Source: Veleropilina oligotropha (Eukaryota). Taken from it: 64,000 nucleotides of DNA. The stretch is from NCBI GenBank assembly GCA_048128005.1, contig JBEUKZ010000104.1, positions 124,001-188,000 on the forward strand, given 5' to 3'. Positions 1 through 13,814 of this stretch are shown here, in pieces (the first letter of the stretch is position 1; every line of letters begins with the position of its first letter). The notes under the pieces were generated by a model. It ran no database searches and was not told the origin of the DNA. It saw nothing but the letters and a program-made list of their open reading frames with translations. The translations under genes were made by a program, and so were the position numbers.

Positions 1-672
1 CATCTGCCGCCGATATGAGATCGTCGCAATCTGAGCAGTACATATTTCTATCGTCGGCCTTCGTATCCTCTTTAAGTTTGAAATTTTCATCAATGTTTAC
101 AATCTTATGTTTTCCGAGTTTACCACTCATTGGATGACAAGTGTTGAAGCACGTTTCGCAATACATCGTTTCGCAATCGGAACAAAATCGCTCGGCCGAC
201 TTTTGTAAGTCACAAATTTCACAAAAATACGTCTGACCTGTTGTATCTTGTCCTCTTGTTTCCAAAATAAACAACTGAACCAGACTGTTGAGATCATAGT
301 TCTTAGGAAATGATGCCGGACCACCATTTTCAGAACTTGATTCAGCCTGGCATATAGGACACTTTATTATGCTTTTCGTAGAACTTTTATTCTGCACATC
401 TAACAAACATTTCAAACAATAAGAGTGTCCACAGGGCAAGAAGCGAGGATCATGATATAATTCCAGGCAGACGGCACAAGAAAGGTTGTTCTCGTAAGAG
501 GACGCCATGGCCGTTTTCCGTCTGAAAGTAAATTGTAATAATTATTCATTGTGTGAGACTAACTGTGCACGTCCATCAGATAAAATATCATTGACATAAT
601 TGCCTATAGCGCTGTGTGGTCGGACGGCTAGCGTTTCCAATTCAAACACATTGATATAATAAAGTAACGTAT

Positions 673-1395
673 ATGATACATAATACGCCCACGCAATTTG
701 CAGCTAGTTGGAATAGGCTTCTTCTTTGTCTAAACATCAGACACCTTAATTCAAAATTCGATGAATTGAATCTTGTCATAAATGATAAAAGGTCAGTAGA
801 CATTCTTGGTATTTGTGAAACTTTTCTCACAGACATCACTGAAAATAGCAATATTGACATAACTGGCTTTCAATTTGAGAGACGTGATAGGATGATTGGA
901 GGCGGAGGGGGCATAGTGGTTTATATTGCAAACCACGTCATATATAAACGACGAACTGACCTTGAAATTAGTGCTATTGAAAGTATATGGATTGAGGCCA
1001 AGCTGCCATGTACAAAGCCTCTGTTGTACTGTTCTATTTATAGACCTCCAAATTCAGCATCTAGCTGGATTTAACAGTTTGAATTGGAACTGGCCAATGC
1101 TTTAAATCTAGATGATATTGAAATAATTATTACTGGTGATTTCAACGTTGATTATTCTAAATCACCCCCGCAAAAATGGTTACAATGTTTTGAACTTTAT
1201 GATTTTAATCAAATAATTACTACCCCCACTAGAATTACCAAGGATTCACAGACTATTATTGATCATATTTACACCAATAAACCTGAAAATATCCATGAAA
1301 TAAGTGTCCCTGTGTATGCAATAAGTGATCATTATCCTGTGTGTGCAACAAGGGCCACCCAGTTGCCTACAAAGAAGTCAAGTCATACTGAGTGA
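673..1395 (+). pseudogene. LINE (CR1/L2 group) ORF2 AP-endonuclease fragment, 3'-truncated
   Basis: ORFs 673-1074 and 1084-1395 are in the same frame, separated by TAA 1072-1074. APE motifs: CLNIRHL, GICETFL, RRDR..GGGGIVVY, IYRPP, GDFNVD, IDHIY, SDHYPV. Confidence 0.85.
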
Positions 1396-2089
1396 TTGAA
1401 TCAAATGCAGACGTTCCTAAATAAAAAATATTTTTGTCATCCATAAAGCATTATCAGAATTAAATTCAGTATATTTATTTTGTGTATACTGAAATTCGTA
1501 CAGTATTACCACAAAAGAAATGGGTTACAAATGACGCTGACAACATGTAAACAAGCACTGAAATAGGTCAGCGCTAAAGAAGCAAATTTGTTACTCTTGT
1601 GACGTCACATCAGGGATTGACACAGCTGGGCGTTCGCACTTCGTTTTTATGAGGCGGATAACAAAAATCGTTATAACTATTAAATTGTATAACATATTTA
1701 AAGATGCACATATGCAATATGTAAGTTACATAATGGTGTATTAGAATAACTAGAGACTAGAACTCATTCAACTAACACTTTAAGAGATGGACGTCAGGGA
1801 AGGCACGCGCGGCAGGATGCGAAGCTCTATATTAACCACAAATCAATAATGACATTATAATAAAAGGCGTAAAATATGTGCCTAATAACGATATCAAATA
1901 ATTATAATATGAACACACACGCGGTCCGTCACCGATTCAATTCAAAGCCTACCGAACAACGTGACAGAACTCTGATCTTCGATGGCAGACCCGTACTACG
2001 GAAATGATATTTCACACGACACCAACAAGGCCGTGATCGATTGGCAACTTCTGGAGGTAGAAACAGTGCCCTGGAAACGTAAATCGGCA

Positions 2090-2241
2090 ATCGAGTCATC
2101 CCAAATGTGAATCGTAACATTCTCATTTCTGCTACCCCCATCCGCTTCTCCTTCTTAATTCTTTGTCACCGCCACTGCTTCCATCCCGTATCGCATTTAT
2201 TTGCTGGCCTAACCATCGTCTTATACACCCGTCCCTTAATT
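2090..2241 (-). pseudogene. RTE-clade LINE fragment (downstream half)
   Basis: Minus strand reads KGRVYKTMVRPA...MGVAEMRMLRFTFGMTRL, a typical RTE post-RT block. It continues the fragment at 9925-10090. Confidence 0.65.
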
Positions 2242-2337
2242 GGTAACAGGTCAACTCACCGCCTGGTCAACTCACCGCCAATTATTTAGAGTCAACTCAC
2301 CGCCAAGTTAATCAGTCACGGTTCTTACATTACAACA

Positions 2338-2766
2338 TCTTAATATAATGGAGCTATAATTGTATGTGTGTGTGTCTGTCTGTTTCAAGTTGAACTCCTC
2401 CCAGACGCTTTGACCTAGGACCTTCAAACTTTGGGGGGTTAATCGGGGTCCCCCAAGGAAGGTTTACCACGAAAAAAATTCGGAAAAAAAAAATATTTAA
2501 GGGAGCACTATCCAATCTTAATATAATGCAGCTATAATTGTATGTGTGTGTGTCTGTCTGTTTCAAGTTGAACTCCTCCCAGACGCTTTGACCTAGGACC
2601 TTCAAACTTTGGGGGGTTAATCGGGGTCCCCCAAGGAAGGTTTACCACGAAAAAAATTCGGAAAATTCGGGAAAAAAAAAAATATTTAAGGGAGCACTAT
2701 CCAAAAAAAAAAAAAAAAAAATTGGGGTGGGGGGACTTGCCCGGCGAAGACGGGTACCATAGCTAG
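2338..2766 (+). mobile_element. Non-autonomous Helitron (partial copy 2338-2515 plus full copy 2516-2766)
   Basis: A|TC start, GTCT microsatellite, 3' hairpin CCCGGCGAAGACGGG, CTAG|T end. Near-identical to 34524-34812. Confidence 0.75.
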
Positions 2767-4578
2767 TAATTACAAGTATTTTACAAGTATGTTTTATTTG
2801 ATTGAACAATATTTTTATTTAATTTTCATAGGAACGGCTAGGATATTGTATGTTTTATTTACTGACTAAAATAATTTATTTCTTCCAGGACGCAAAGCGG
2901 GTTGCTGCCATCGACGAAGAAACAACAAGCGTGCGTCTCAAATGTGAAACACATTTTATTGAATACAAATTTATCGATTATTTTCTTTGATGAAATAGTA
3001 AATATATTTCCCATAAAGGTGATTATATTTTGCACTTGTCTACGTGCATTGTTAACTTTAATAAAATAGTTTTACAAATAGTATTAATAAACCAACCCTA
3101 CACTCACTAAACATATGTTTAATACTTTATTTTATCACATGACAAAGCTGTTATGGAACGGTAGTAGCCGTTCCATAAATTTCGATATAAAAAGACACGT
3201 CTCATAAGTATGCAAATGAGGGCGAGCATGACGGCCGATCATCGCATCTGGCGCCAAGTTGATTAGGTGGCGCATCACCCTCATTAACATAATGAATAAT
3301 CCATACGCGTTGACTCGTACGTCGATTACTGACGTTGGACTATTTTTTATTGGCGTACTGGCGTGGCGCGTGCTTTCGAGGCGTGATGAGTCTGAGGCAA
3401 TGGCAATTTATGGCTGAAAGTACTGACAGAAATTAGTTTTAAAACGTAAAGAAATATGTTTAAAAACGCAATAAAATAAGTTTAAAGGTAAATAAAGTCA
3501 TGTGATAAAGAAGATATGAAACTTGTGTCCATTACATATGAGAATTATGAAACTCGTCAGCAAATTTATGTACCCCGACTCGTTGCATAATTATCATATG
3601 GAATGGACACTCGTTCGATATCCTCTATATATCATATTTTAGATATACATATTCATGTACTTACCAGGACCTTTTCATGCAAGGACTTATAACCCTGACT
3701 TACAGCTGCACTACCCGTAATTGTCGATTTTGGGTCATTATTCTTAAATAGATGTATTTTGTCACGTTTCCAAGTTATATACTGACAAATTTTCATAAAG
3801 TAAAGCTGAGAACAGACAGGACGCGAGCGGAAAAGTCACGCGGGCGGCAAGCGGACCTCAAAGCGGAAAAACAAAACACACCGGATGCGTCTGCCAAGCG
3901 GCAAATCGTGTATTGGCACAAGGGCTTGCATCATATTCCCTGGATTATGTATTGGATTTATGTTTTAAAACACGAAGTTTTCTTAGAATTTGAGCACTTT
4001 AATTGAATAATAATGTGTTGGTGATATCATTTAGAAAATAAACAAATGTAATTTAAAATGCTGTATAACTTCGTAACATTTAAAATATAATACATCAAGT
4101 GATAACAATTTGTAAGATTTCGGACTTTAACAGCATGGAGTCTTATAACTCCGCCAGGCCTTTCCTGGAAGGTCAACACTCTATCTGAGTTAATAACACA
4201 TATCAAGTGGCAAAAATCTCACGCGTCAAAAATGGCTACAGAAACGATTCTATCCGCCCGCGTGACGCCCGCTTGCCTGCCGTCCGCGTTAAGGGCTGGT
4301 CACACAGGATGCGTATGCGTCACGTCACGGAACGGATCCGTTCCGTCAATGTATCAATATCATATAAAATGAATGGGTCAGGCCACACTGGGTGCGGAAC
4401 CGATCCGATACGGTCAGTACGGTATATCAGGTGACGGATGCGTAAATTTCGGCAAAGTCCATGTGCGTTCAGAAGAGAATTGACGGACCATGCACCTTCG
4501 ATTTTACATGTTTTTTCTTTATGAAATGCCATTTTTGAGAATTGCTCCTGGTTCCAAGAAAGACAAATTGGGAAACCC

Positions 4579-6951
4579 GTGGTTACCACTATTAATATAA
4601 TGTGTGAAAAATTTAGCGAAACCCTAAGAAATATGATTAGTGCATCAATTCCGTCGAAAAATGTCACTGTCAGACCTAAAGATAAACCATGGTTTAAGAG
4701 CGACCTCAGAAAATGGATACGAAAGCGTAATCGAACGCATGCGCAGTGCAAACGTGAAAATACTCCCTATTTATGGGCTAAATTTAGGAAATTAAGAAAC
4801 AAAGTAATTGAACTTGTCCGATCGGCAAAGCGTAATTACACCGATAACATATATCATAAAATTAATATTGATAATAATAAATCCAAAACATGGTGGAAAT
4901 TACTTAAATCTGCGTATGAGATTAATAAAACGGTCGAAATAAATGTTATTAAGAATGCTGCTAACCAAGATGTAACTGGTGATAAAGAGATTGCTGATGT
5001 TCTGAATGCACATTTTTGCAAAACATCTACAGTTGATGATAGTAATGCTGTTCTACCAGATTTAGAATCAAAAACTGAAAGCGTAATCGATAACATCTTG
5101 GTACATGAAAGAGATGTGCACGCTGCTATAAAAAGCCTCAATCACGGCAAAGCGTCTGGTATAGACGATATTAATGCTACGGTATTAATACGGATTAACT
5201 CTGCCATTACTAAACCACTTTGTACACTTTTCAATATTTGCCTGCGCGGTGGCATATTTCCTAACATTTGGAAACGCTCAATCGTCGTACCAATATTTAA
5301 AAAAGGAGATGCCTGTGAACCAAGTAACTATAGACCGATTTCTTTAACAAGCCATATTGGAAAACTTTTTGAGAAGGTTGTATTTAAATATCTATACGCG
5401 CACCTGATTTCTAATAATCTCATTTACCCTTACCAATCCGGTTTTCTACCTGGTCACTCGACGTCCTACCAATTACTTGAAATCCATAATAAAATAATGC
5501 TCGAATTAGACAATGGAAATAGTGTAACTTCCATTTTCTGTGACGTATCAAAAGCCTTCGATAGAGTGTGGCATCGTGGTTTGATAGCTAAATTATAATC
5601 TTTCGGAATAACTGGTAATTTACTTGCCTGGTTTACAAATTATTTATCAGATAGATGGCAAAGTGTTAAAGTAAACAACACTCTTTCATCTTATCAAATT
5701 GTTAATGCCGGTGTCCCACAAGGCTCGGTGCTTGGTCCAATTATATTCCTTATTTACATAAATGATATTACAGAATCAATCACTTATGGTGATACTAGGC
5801 TTTATGCTGATGATACGTCACTGTTGTACTCCCATTCACCAATGACTAACATTGAAAACTCGATAAACTCAGATATATCCAGACTTGTGAAATGGTCAAA
5901 TATATGGCTTGTTAATTTCAATGCAACTAAAACCGAACACTTAATGATATCGCGAGCTCATAATACCGCCCAACAAAATATAGTGATGGAAAGTGAACCA
6001 GTCAAAACTGTTTCTTCTCATAGACATTTAGGTTTGCTTTTTAATAGCAATGGAACATGGAGTGATTATATCAATGATGTCTTAAGTAAATGTTCAAAAT
6101 TGATAGGTATTTTTAGGACATTTAAGTATAAATTTAGTCGAAAGACATTAAAAACCGTATATTTATCTTTTATAAGACCACGCCTTGAATATTGTTGTAC
6201 TGTTTGGGACAACTGCTCCGAACAAGAATCAGAGAACATTGAAAAAATTCAAAATGAGTCGCTCAGAATAATTACCGGTCTTCCGCAATGGTGTAATTTA
6301 GATAGACTTCGGAAAGAAATTGCAATCGAAAAGCTCAAAACTAGACGTTATAATCAACGGTTAATTTTATTCTATAAAATCGTAAACAATTTATGTCCAC
6401 CATACTTGTCTATGATCTTACCACCAACTATTGGACAATTATCTCAGTATTCAACTAGAAATAGTGAATTATACGCTATCCCCACTGCACGTACTGAATC
6501 ATATAAAAAAAGTTTCTTCCCAGCGACAACTAAAGACTGGAATAAATTGCCGGCGACCGTCAGGGAATCTGAATCCTTGCATACTTTCAAACGTTACTTT
6601 CGTAATCCTGAATGCAACATCAATCATTTTGATTATGAACTTGATCGAAAGACGGCAGTTGCTCATTGTAGATTAAGAAATAGGTGTAGTTGCCTAAATA
6701 ATGATCTATGTAGAATGAATATTATTAATAGCTCAGCATGTGAGTGTGGCTTTCCAATGGAAGATGCAAACCATTACTTTCTTCACTGCCCTGCATACGC
6801 TTCTATTAGACAATCCATGCTAAATGACATCGGAATCCTAACGCCTATTAATACAATTCTCTTTGGAAATAATGAGCATAATACCGCCACCAATATATCA
6901 ATATTCAAATCAGTTCAGACCTATATTCGAAAATCGAAACGTTTTAACTAA
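4579..6951 (+). pseudogene. 5'-truncated LINE (CR1/L2 group) ORF2 reverse transcriptase with one nonsense codon
   Basis: ORFs 4579-5598 and 5728-6951 are in the same frame (stop TAA 5596-5598). Motifs: YRPISL, QSGF, DVSKAFDRVWH, GVPQGSVLGP, YADD, C-terminal CECG..EDANHYFLHC. Probable 3' UTR extends to AATAAA/poly(A) at ~8882-8916. Confidence 0.9.
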
Positions 6952-7268
6952 AGTCAACCTGTAAAAATAACCTGTTAATAAATGTACTATTAATAATAGC
7001 AGAAAAAATGTATTTATAATATTATTATTATTAATTAAGTTGTCCATTCTCTGTTTGTTTGTTCCTTCATAACCTATATCGCTTATGTTAAGAGGGAAAC
7101 ACGTAATCTTATAATATTTAATACGTCGCTTATACCAACGAAGTCATTTTATAATAATAATTACGAGTGACAATTATACCCTAATTACAAAACACATGTA
7201 CTTGTAAAATGTATTTACCTACCAACAATTTGTTTCATTTATTATTAGTTTCACGCTCACTTATAGTA

Positions 7269-8662
7269 GGGGAAGGCGGGGTAAAGCGGGACGCGGGGTA
7301 CAAAGGGACAGCCCGATCGCGTAACATTCTTTCCTTCAGTGCCATATGGCGAGTCTTCCGTACTTCCAGACACGTGTAACACATCGATTCAAAACCATCG
7401 ATTCGTTCATACAGTCATTCTAAGTATTTTATAGTACATATTACGATTTTGGCAATATCAGTATATGAACACGGTTTCAAACATTTGTGTGAATTACATA
7501 CACATGAATAGGAAAAGATTGCTAATGTAGTTTATTCGACAGTACTGCTATATCACTTAGTCAAGATAGGTAACAATTACCTCCCTTCATTTGAGTTTCA
7601 AAGTGTGAACCTTGAAAATTTATCACGTGCTAATGGGGCAAAATGGGACCTCGCTCAAAGGGGCAAGTTGGGACATGTCCTGTTTTACCCCAAGCATGTC
7701 CCATTTTACCCCAAGCAAAATGTTATCATACAACATCCACATGGTATTTACATTAATTTTGATTGATCCGCATTTGTTGAATTGTTTATGAAAGCTCGTT
7801 AGCCTGTTGATCGTTTGAAAGGGGTGTATGAACCCATGAATAATCCACCTGAACTGACTAGTAACAAGAAATCATAACTGATCTATCCGAACTCAAGACT
7901 CATCGACATGCCCATATGTTATGAGGCAAGCTATGTTTATATCGAATGTAAGCTTGCACAGACGTCTTTGTTGAAGACCACAATGGCAAAAAAACGAATA
8001 ATAATGGTATTATCACTATATCTGCGGTAGTATGGTGTAATGGTTTATATTAACCATTATGTGTATCTATATCTTTGATGCAGATGATCATGTTGGTGTC
8101 GCATCTGTTATTAATGATGGCACAGACAAGCGTATAACTGTTTTGATGTTTCCCCGTTATTTATAATCTTCAGGTTCAAACCGGGGGGGGGGGGGGGGGG
8201 GGTCTCGATCGTCCGGAGAAATCCATCCTCTACCGCCATTTATGGAAAACTGCGATTGGTATCTGAATAAACAATCCCACTCAATCTATATTCGAACCCA
8301 CTACTGTTAGTTAGCGCAATCGAACTAGTGGTTTCTGAGTAAGCACTAGAGATCACACGACTACCTGAGCTGCCAGTATTAATTTTAGTGTTAAATATAT
8401 GTAATCAAAGTGGTTTACCATGCGGGGAATAATGGGACACCATGTCCCAATTTGCCCCCACTGCGAGGCAAAATGGGACATTTTTGTTAATTACAAGTTA
8501 CGAAATTGTGATAAGATTAACTATTAGTTCGTCGTCTTGGTTATTCATATAGACTACTTATATGTTGACTACTATGATGTAGAAATATAAATACTATAGC
8601 TTATAAATTCCGAGAAGAACATTCATTTTTCCTTAAGCGTCCCATTCTGCCCCGCTTTCCCC
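7269..8662. mobile_element. TA-flanked TIR MITE (GGGGAAGGCGGGG...CCCCGCTTTCCCC), Tc1/mariner-pogo-like
   Basis: ~25-bp imperfect TIRs; TA at 7267-7268 and 8663-8664; internal GGGGCAAAATGGGACA-type repeats near 7635-7715 and 8425-8480. Confidence 0.65.
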
Positions 8663-9924
8663 TATAGTATAAACCATTACTATACATATCATATGTGATT
8701 ATCACTGCTGTCACCTTTTATATATGTCATCGGCGAGATGATCCACATAGGCCTAGTCCTGTTATCAAATCGCCATACTATTAATGTCACAGCAATATAT
8801 GTAATATAATATTATAATAATGTAATAATTGTTATAAATCCTAATGTTGTGAAATTGTTTGTATTTATATGTTGAAAGTACAATAAAATAAGTTTAATAA
8901 AAAAAAAAAAAAAAAACACACTCATCACGTGTACCGCACGAGGATGACGGCAACAACAACAAAAAACAACATGTGGAGTTGCATGCATGGAAATAATAAC
9001 AGAGGTTCAGAAACACCAGGCACTGTATGACCATTGATGCAAAGACTATAATGATGCACATCTTGAAATTATGTGTGGCTGACCATAGCCAGCCGGCTAG
9101 ATATTGATGACAATATTGTTTCTTCATTTATGCTGATCGCGTATAATATATTGGTGATGAAGCATATATCAATACTACCATTTCTAAACATGAGAGGCAT
9201 GTATGTGTGTTAATATCACGCATCCAGTGTAGACAAGCGTTCCTTTTTGACGTACGCATCCGCATGAGAAGGAAATCGTGTCGTGGACGTGACGTGACGC
9301 ATACGCATCCTGTGTGCTCAGCCCTTAAGTGTGTTTTGCCACTAGTACAAATATCATATGTTCCATTTTTACCGCCCGCGTGTTACTTTCCATCCGCATG
9401 ACCGCCCGCGTCATGTCTGTTCTCAGCTTTAGAGACAATTAATTTTTATTTAGTGAATAGTTTGGTTATCCGGGTTATAATTTTGTCTGGTTCTTTTGTG
9501 AATATGTCTGATCACATATAAATGATAAATATGTAATTATATCCTTATCATTGTATTTCTTATTATTGCAGGTATAACTCGACCTCAGTATAGAGATTTC
9601 GTGAAAAAATGGGAGTTTGAATGGCGATATATTTTATATCCCGATTGCGATGTATATCCCGATCGGGATATATATCCCGAAAAGTGACTTCGCCCTAACC
9701 TGATAATATGCAATATGCCTCTTATGAACATTCGTAAGATTGCACTACAATATTATTGGACTCTTGATAATTGGCGGTGAGTTGACCAGGCGGTGAGTTG
9801 ACATGGCGGTGAGTTGACTCTAAATAATTGGCGGTGAGTTGACCAGGCGGTGAGTTGACATGGCGGTGAGTTGACTCTAAATAATTGGCGGTGAGTTGAC
9901 CAGGCGGTGAGTTGACTTGTATTC

Positions 9925-10090
9925 CCTCAATTCACCCGCCTTGGTACCGTTTTGTCGTACATGACATGTGTTACCTTCATCCACCCCGTAGGCCTATATC
10001 CTCCTAGCCATCTCTTTGTTTGAACCTCGATCCATCTTCCTGTAGAGTAAACGGTAAACCCTATAAATATTTGAACTCGGCTGTCCTCGG
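9925..10090 (-). pseudogene. RTE-clade LINE fragment (upstream half)
   Basis: Minus strand reads ...GWMKVTHVMYDKTVPRRV, which normally precedes KLKGRVYKT in RTE ORFs. Confidence 0.6.
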
Positions 10091-10109
10091 CCCTCCACCT
10101 CACGTGCAC

Positions 10110-11130
10110 ATAGGGCGGAGTCCAGGGGTCTGCCCCCTCCCCCTTTTGAAAATCAAACGTAAATATGAAATATCGTGTTTGTAGGCCTACTGTCAATATG
10201 CATCATGTGAGGGGGTTTCACCCCGTTAATTGTCAAAAATTTCTGAAAATCAGAGGGTCTTGAAATGAAAACGGATCATAAATTCATAAATGTTTGGAAG
10301 AAATATCGCGTTTGCACTGGCAAAATGCAGGAGAGAGGGTTTCGCGTCGTTAATTATCAAATTTTTCTTGGGGGTCTAGGCGGTCCGCCCCCCCCCCCCA
10401 CCGCTAGAAAATAAATGCTTGTCTTTGATTGTGAAAAAAATTTCGTGTCAAAATGCAGGAGGGGGATCGAGTTTCACACCGTTTCTTGACTTTTCTGGGG
10501 ATACAGGCGGTCTGGACCCCACGTTTGAAAGCAGAAATGCATGTGTTAGATGTGTTAGTGAAAATGGTTCATAAATGTTGGCAAGAAATATCGCTTTTGT
10601 CCTGTCAGAGTGCAGGAGAGAAGGTTTCAGGCTGCTGATTGTCAAATTTTTCTTCGCATAGGGCCCCGTCCCACGCAAACAGTTGATAATAGGCCTATAT
10701 TTGATGAAAGTTGCCCCCCTCCCTTTCAAAATCCTGGATCGGTCCCAGCGATTTAGTGAAAAGGGTTCATAATTGTTGATAAGACATATCGTGTTTGTAT
10801 TGTCAGAATGCATGAGAGGGGGTTTCACACCGTTAATTGTCAAAATTTTCTGAGAATCAGAGGGTCCGATGCCTCCTTTTGAAATGCACGTGTTCCATTT
10901 TTTTTAAAAACGAAAAATCACTCATATATTTTAGTAAAAATGATTCATAAATGTTGGTAAGAAATATCGTGTATGCACTGTCAGAGTCCAGGAGAGGAGA
11001 TTTCACACCGTTAATTGTCAAACTTTTCCTTCGCGTGGGGCCCCGCCCCCACGCAAACAGTTGTATATTTGATGAAATTGTATATTTGATGAAAGTTTGA
11101 CCCCCCATTTCAAAATCCTGGATCGCCCCT
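10110..11130. repeat. Degenerate tandem copies of an hAT-like MITE family (ends resembling GGGGCGGATCCAGG)
   Basis: Repeated ATATCGTGTTTGCACTGTCAGA..GCAGGAGAG units and AAAATCCTGGATCG(C)CCC ends. Related sequence lies in reverse orientation at 53766-54350 and 56900-57600. Confidence 0.45.
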
Positions 11131-11756
11131 TCCGCCAACAGCAACGTCAGTCACTCTTCCAACCCCGTCTTCGCTTAATCTCTTTTCTCCGAACTCAGTG
11201 TCAAGTCCTCGTGAACATAATGTCCTATGGTGTTTCACTTCACACATCTTCTGTCAGACAATCCATGCATGATAATAAGAAACAGGAAAGTGCTTGCCGT
11301 TGAACCTAGGCGCACCCCGATACTAACCTTGAGTTTTAGGGTAAATGAATAAAACATGCAGCTTGTCCTATGTGCATTTTGTTATTTAACTGTTATGTCA
11401 TAACCCTCTACATGCCGGTATGTTTTTTTAGTTCAGTTCTATGTGTACCCCATCTTAATGGCTAGTATCATCACTTTGGATTCTCCGGCACATTGACGTA
11501 TGATAGTGTCATGGCCACACTCAATATGACAGTATATCGTTCTTCAGGACAAAATAATTTTACTTGTGATGTAATACTAGTATGCTAATAGAAATATTCT
11601 GAATTTTAACATATTATATTCCAACACAATCATGTAACATTTATATAAATGATGGTATTAACTACCACGCTAAATGACCTCTGCTATCTTTGATGGCAAT
11701 TTTGTAAATCTATAGGCCTATATATCCATGTATGTACCTACAAGATCGTTTCCTTC

Positions 11757-12743
11757 TATTAAATAGATTTAAATAGAATTTGTTTGGGTTTAGGAAGTGC
11801 ATTACTGCCACTCATATAAAAACCCATTGTCGTTTCTGGTCATCTATAGCCTGCCCTGTTTCTTAAAATAATCATCTATGCGGTTTTTAAATTGGTTTAC
11901 AGATGTTGATTCTACTACATTACTAGGAAGACTGTTCCATTCATCAACAACCCGATTTGAGAAAAAGTGTTTTCTAACGTCGAGTCGGAATCTTTTTTTG
12001 TAAACTTTGTATTTATGGCCCCTGGTCGGTCTTTGGTTCATCTGAAAAAAGAAAGTACTGTCAACATTGTCAATTCCTGTAAACATTTTAAATACCTGAA
12101 TCATATCCCCCGTGTCCTTCTCAAAGACAATGTTGTGAGGTTAAGTGCTCTTAGTCTATCCTCATAAGGTAATTCTCTCAATTCGCCTATCAATTTTGTG
12201 GCTCTTCTTTGAACTTGTTCAAGAATTTTGATATCCTTTGCAAGATATGGGCTCCATGCTTGCACTGCATATTCTAAATGCGGTCTAACCATTTGCTTGT
12301 ATAAACGTGTTATGATGACTCTGGATTTAAAATTAAAGTTTCTCTTTATCATTCCCAATATTTGATTTCCCTTTTTAGCTGATTCTGCACATTGATTTGA
12401 TGGCTTAAACGTATTGTCTACCCATACACCCAAATCTTTCTCCTTTGTTACTACTTCTAAGGTATCTGAACCCATTTTATAATTGAAACTTTTGTTGTTA
12501 TAACCCGCATGCAATACCTTACATTTACTGGTGTTAAAAAGCATTTGCCAATCCTCTGACCATTTTACCAGATCGTTTAAATCACTTTGAAGTGTTTTTG
12601 CATCTTCTTCAGTTTCAACAATTCTGTACAATTTGGTATCGTCTGCAAACTTTTTTACAAGAGACGTAATGACGTCATCAATGTCATTTAAATATATAAG
12701 AAACAGCAATGGGCCCAAAACAGAACCTTGTGGGACTCCACTT
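11757..12743 (-). mobile_element. 5'-truncated CR1 LINE (subfamily A)
   Basis: RT C-terminal half (GVPQGSVLGP, FADD, VRPHLEYA). Almost identical to ~31036-32023 except for a 1-bp deletion near 12107. Tail (TCTATTTAAA)n. Confidence 0.92.
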
Positions 12744-13814
12744 GCCCGGAGATGCTTGAACATCCCAGTGCGATGCCACAAGTCTTAAAATTCACTGATC
12801 CATGATAGCGACGATATATATCCAATTTAACTCCTTTATGGAGATTATACCCATCACAATATCAAACTTATAATAGATATATATCACAAAAGGAGAGGAG
12901 GTTCAAGGCAGGACATGTCCATATTATCGCGGGAGGAAAGCACGGTTGCCCGGAGAAACCCGCCGTCTCCGATCAGCTACCGACAACTGTGATTCAACTG
13001 AACAAATAAAGCCATGTCTCGACCGTGATTCGAACACACTACTACTTTTTGTGATCATTGGAATCAAGCCAGTGATGTTCGGTGTCTGCAACCGAAACAC
13101 TCAACTGTCGGATCGGCAGGTCAGGTAGAGCTCACAGACAGGGTGTTAATATTGTTCGATGAAAGCAAGTAGAGCACTGCATTATGCAATATGGCAGACT
13201 TTCTGTTCTTTTTTGCATTAGTGTGCACAAGTGGCATACTCATTAACGACTGTACCAGAGTATTGCCGTTCACGGTACATGTTGGTACAGCATGCTAATT
13301 CATGATGAAGTAGTTTTGTATGGGTGGGTGATGCTATAATGATTGGTTTAATAATCGAAATATGTAAATTCAGGCTACTGTAGATGAGAAGGCCTATATT
13401 TATGTAGTCTAGATACGTTTAGACACCAGCAGCCCCATATTGGTCAGTTTTGGGCGAACTTATAACCTCAAATCAGTTTTCATCTGTTTCTGTGTCGAAC
13501 GAAAATTTAGGCTCATTGAGTGGTGATAAGAAATATTTGTGCGCGCCAGTTGAATAATTATAAGACCCTTAAACATAGGGGTTTAGACATCAGAATCAGG
13601 TCCCTATATCCATTTTTGGTGAACTTGTAACCGAAATTGAATTTCGCTCGTAAAAAATGCTCCATGATGACAAACTGTCTGTAGGCGTATGGTCTGTTCT
13701 ACCAAAATCACAAATAAATCGTTTTAGTCTTATGGTCTGTTCTACCAAAATCACAAATAAAACGTTGTTTGTACTCTTAAACACACACATGGCCTGATAT
13801 CTGCAATTCATTAT

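Larger units (their letters stand above)
4293..9324. mobile_element. TIR MITE (GGGCTGGTCACACAGGATGCG...), TTAA-flanked, interrupted by a LINE
   Basis: ~37-bp TIR at 4293-4329 and 9288-9324 with 2 mismatches; TTAA at 4289-4292 and 9325-9328. Confidence 0.75.
3803..9429. mobile_element. TIR MITE (AAGCTGAGAACAGACA...TGTCTGTTCTCAGCTT), TA-flanked, expanded by nested insertions
   Basis: ~28-bp TIR with 2 mismatches at 3803-3830 and 9402-9429; TA on both sides. Confidence 0.7.
2242..9924. mobile_element. Non-autonomous TIR DNA transposon with subterminal GTCAACTCACCGCC repeats (MULE-like?), hosting nested insertions
   Basis: 2242-2305 is the reverse complement of ~9861-9924. Flanks CCTTAATT (2234-2241) and CCTCAATT (9925-9932) form an 8-bp TSD with 1 mismatch. 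Removing the element rejoins the RTE fragment. Confidence 0.75.

Noticed and set aside
2950..3630. Possible Crypton-like non-autonomous element (inverted TTTATCACATGAC/GTCATGTGATAAA)
   Set aside because: A short inverted repeat alone is insufficient to define the element.
673..6951. APE fragment (673-1395) and RT (4579-6951) as one LINE
   Set aside because: The RT-bearing LINE lies inside three nested TIR elements while the APE fragment lies outside them, so they are separate insertions.
12890..13130. SINE-like fragment (similar motifs near 8200-8370 and 37360-37420)
   Set aside because: Only a short GGAGGAAA..CCGGAGAAACCC-type motif is recognisable; boundaries cannot be supported.
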